A stretch of DNA of 64,000 nt from Marsupella aquatica (lineage: Eukaryota; Plantae; Marchantiophyta). The stretch lies in NCBI GenBank assembly GCA_973895155.1, contig OZ316893.1:26400798-26464797 (forward strand). The letters run 5' to 3'. The first letter of the stretch is position 1, and the number at the start of each line of letters is the position of its first letter. Position numbers and translations under genes: made by a program. Under the pieces are notes generated by a model. The model did no database searches. It was not told the DNA's origin and saw only the letters and a program-made list of their open reading frames with translations. Positions 62,511 through 64,000 of the stretch are shown piece after piece.

Positions 62511-64000
62511 TTACTTGTGACGCAATTGCAAAACCTGCAGCACATCACGATGTCTAGAGAAAATTTCCAAAGGAGTCACTTTGGTAAATGCGTCAGCTAG
62601 GTTGATTTTACCGTCTATCTTGACTAGCTCAAACAAATTATCAGACACAGCCTGCCTGATAGAATGGTACCTGACGTCTATGTGCTTCACTCTACTATCC
62701 ATCACCTGGTTCACAGCAAGGTGGAGCGCACTCTGACTATCACAATGGAGCTTCACATTCCCTTGTGGCAATCCCATTTCAGTGATAAGTCTATCCAACC
62801 AAATTGCTTCCTTCGCTGCTTCCGCTGCTACAACATACTCTGCTTCTCTAGTAGACTGAGCAATACACTTCTGCAAAGTAGACCTCCAACTTATGCATCC
62901 ACCGCCAAGTGTGAACATGTACCCTGTTGTTGATCTCCTTTGGTCCAGATCTTGTCCATAGTCAGAATCTACATAGCCAATCAATGATCTTGCATTATTT
63001 GCATTTGCATCAAATAAAAGACCATGATCCACGGTACCCTTCAAGTACCTGATAATCCACTTCACTGCTTCCCAGTGTACCTTCCCTGGATTTGACATGT
63101 ACCTGCTCACCTTGCCCATAGCCATGGCAAGATCAGGTCTAGTGCAAGTCATCAAATACATGAGACTTCCCACTGCCTTATCATAAGGAACCTTTGACAT
63201 CAGCCCTTCTCTATCGTATCTGTGGGACAAAAAGCAGATGACAATTTGAAGCGTGCAGCCAAAGGGGTACTTACTGACTTACTATCCCCCATGTTGAACC
63301 TAGCAATTACCTTCCTTGCATAACTGCTCTGTGTCAACCATAGCTTACCAGCCTCCAAGTCCCTAGTGATCTCCATACCCAAAATCCTCTTAGTTGGCCC
63401 TAAGTCCTTCATCTTAAACTCTGCACTTAGCAGTGCCTTGAACTTAACAATCTCAGACCTATCCTTGGCCGCAATAAGCATGTCATCCACATAAAGTACT
63501 AAAACAATGAACCCAAACATAGCATTATTCACCGGTTTCAAGTATACACAAGGGTCAAACACACTCCTATAAAAACCTTGTGACCGAATCCAATCGTCAA
63601 ACCGCTTGTTTCACTGTCTTGATGACTGCTTCAACCCATACAAGGATTTCAACAATCTACAAACCAGTTCCTCTTGTCCTTTCTTCACAAAATCTAGCGG
63701 CTGTCTCATGAAGATCACCTCTTCCAAGATGCCATAGAGGAAAGTTGTGACAACATTCATCTGATCTAGCAGCAGACCAAACATTACAACAAGCACACAC
63801 AATAGCCGTATTGTAGAGTACTTAGCAACTGGTGAGAAGACCTCATTATAATCCACACCTTTCTCTTGTGTGAATTCCTTTGCTACCAACCTAGCCTTGT
63901 AGACCTTCGATCCACCTCCTGCGGAATTATCCTTCAGCTTGTAAATCCACTTGTTGTCCACCACTTGCTGACCCTTAGGCAGCTTAACAAGCTCCCAAGT
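62511..64000 (-). mobile_element. Ty1/copia LTR retrotransposon pol remnant (RT-RNase H), disabled, runs off the window end
   Basis: KWIYKLK...YKARLVAK.FTQ.KGVDYNEVFSPV; LLKSLYGLKQS.RQ; LYVDDML; MKDLG; GSLMYLM.CTRPDL; GYVDSDY..DLD.RRSTTGY; AQST.EAEY; CDSQSA; KHIDVRYH; ADAFTK. In-frame TGA at 63611-63613 replaces the conserved W, and a frameshift falls near 63200-63230. Confidence 0.96.

Overview
Eukaryotic, intron-rich land-plant DNA. Intron style and gene content suggest a non-seed plant such as a bryophyte (inference). I assembled five intact protein-coding genes by hand, using GT-AG junctions and phase checks for the spliced ones: SWI3A-type SWI/SNF subunit (+, 8 exons), tubulin-folding cofactor B (-, 9 exons), UBR7-type PHD/UBR-box E3 ligase (+, single coding exon), REN-type PH-RhoGAP (-, 22 exons) and an Aurora kinase (+, 9 exons). 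The right end holds the 3' half of a disabled Ty1/copia element with a candidate ~2.2 kb LTR. Intergenic DNA contains TSD-flanked retroposon fragments, a probable solo LTR, MITE-like elements, tandem repeats and decayed coding relics. No CRISPR array, rRNA, tRNA or prokaryote-type system is supported. Three structures stand out. (i) A ~1.65 kb nested foldback between the convergent UBR7 and REN genes, whose core occurs in both orientations relative to its arm. (ii) A tandem array that has amplified a CCAAT/E2F-like/CHR-like module just upstream of UBR7. (iii) A 30-31 bp-periodic palindrome array in the LTR. All coordinates were read by eye and may be a few bases off.
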